Shown here one piece after another: positions 63,731-64,000 of a DNA stretch of 64,000 nt. The notes below the pieces were generated by a model. It had not been told where the DNA came from, ran no database searches, and was given only the letters and a program-made list of their open reading frames with translations. Position numbers and translations under genes: made by a program. How positions within the stretch are numbered: position 1 is the stretch's first letter; every line of letters begins with the position of its first letter. Source of the DNA: Patescibacteria group bacterium (GTDB lineage Bacteria; Patescibacteriota; Patescibacteriia; 2-02-FULL-49-11); contig JBAZQN010000011.1 in the NCBI GenBank assembly GCA_041645165.1, positions 1,254 to 65,253 on the forward strand, given 5' to 3'.

Positions 63731-64000
63731 GTTAACACAAGTCGGGACAAGAGGCAAGCGCCGTGGTTGCATGTGTTCAGTATTTTCCAAAAAGAGCCAA
63801 ATGAAACCGCCCCTCAAGTCCCCTCCTTGCTAAGAGCTTGCCCCGTGTTTATCACGGGGAGGGGATGGGGAGGTCTCCTTTGAGAAAAGATGAATAGTTA
63901 CCTATGGTTTTAGAGCCATTTTCTTCGCTTGAAAAATACTAACATGAAGATTCCTAATACCGCCATGCCGCTGATGACATACCAAAACGCGTCGGGATGT

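Overview
This 64 kb window comes from a roughly 50% GC bacterial chromosome with compact housekeeping genes separated by unusually long, repeat-filled intergenic regions. I cannot name the organism from sequence alone; the gene content fits a small-genome anaerobe, possibly CPR-like. Clearly recognisable genes are the cell-division fragment rsmH-ftsL-ftsI-murF (1-4822), a [NiFe]-hydrogenase small subunit, large subunit and maturation protease (8963-12852), the heat-shock cluster hrcA-grpE-hsp20-dnaK-dnaJ with a perfect CIRCE operator (52538-59130), a methionine/cysteine cluster metK, ahcY, cysK, metB/C-like, cysS, and a large cell-surface glycan locus (33099-52193: rfbB, a WbaP-like sugar transferase, a Wzy/O-antigen-ligase-like protein with TPR repeats, UXS, an epimerase, two GT2, two GT4, a GT-C-like protein, and an S8 subtilase with FG-GAP repeats). 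There is one intact tRNA-Glu(CUC). The main candidate novelty is a low-GC, roughly 4.5 kb array of cassette-like ORFs (about 19.9-24.5 kb), each followed by an imperfect palindrome ending in integron attC-type boxes (RYYYAAC ... GTTRRRY, with a stop codon embedded in GCCTAAC). The array is transcribed divergently from a short Xer-like tyrosine recombinase beside an attI-like half-site, so it looks like an integron with a non-IntI recombinase. Second, the window is saturated with at least ten families of small palindromic or MITE-like repeats. Several have inserted in-frame into intact coding genes (GT2, GT4, cysS, three membrane proteins), as Rickettsia RPE elements do. One family carries its own hairpin plus SD plus ATG. 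One shows compensatory covariation in its outer stem across four copies. Other observations: insertion of a Cys-rich unknown gene and a DUF559 endonuclease gene (with a tandem-duplication remnant) between the hydrogenase subunit genes; a conserved ~230-nt structured leader upstream of two glycan genes; heptamer-periodic low-complexity quasi-palindromes at many gene boundaries; two tandem tRNA 3'-halves that begin in the anticodon loop; and two paralogous small Cys-peptide genes with perfect SD sequences. My own counting in the 8.6-9.6 kb region disagreed by 1 nt with the supplied ORF track, so coordinates of features I located by eye are good to about 2 nt.
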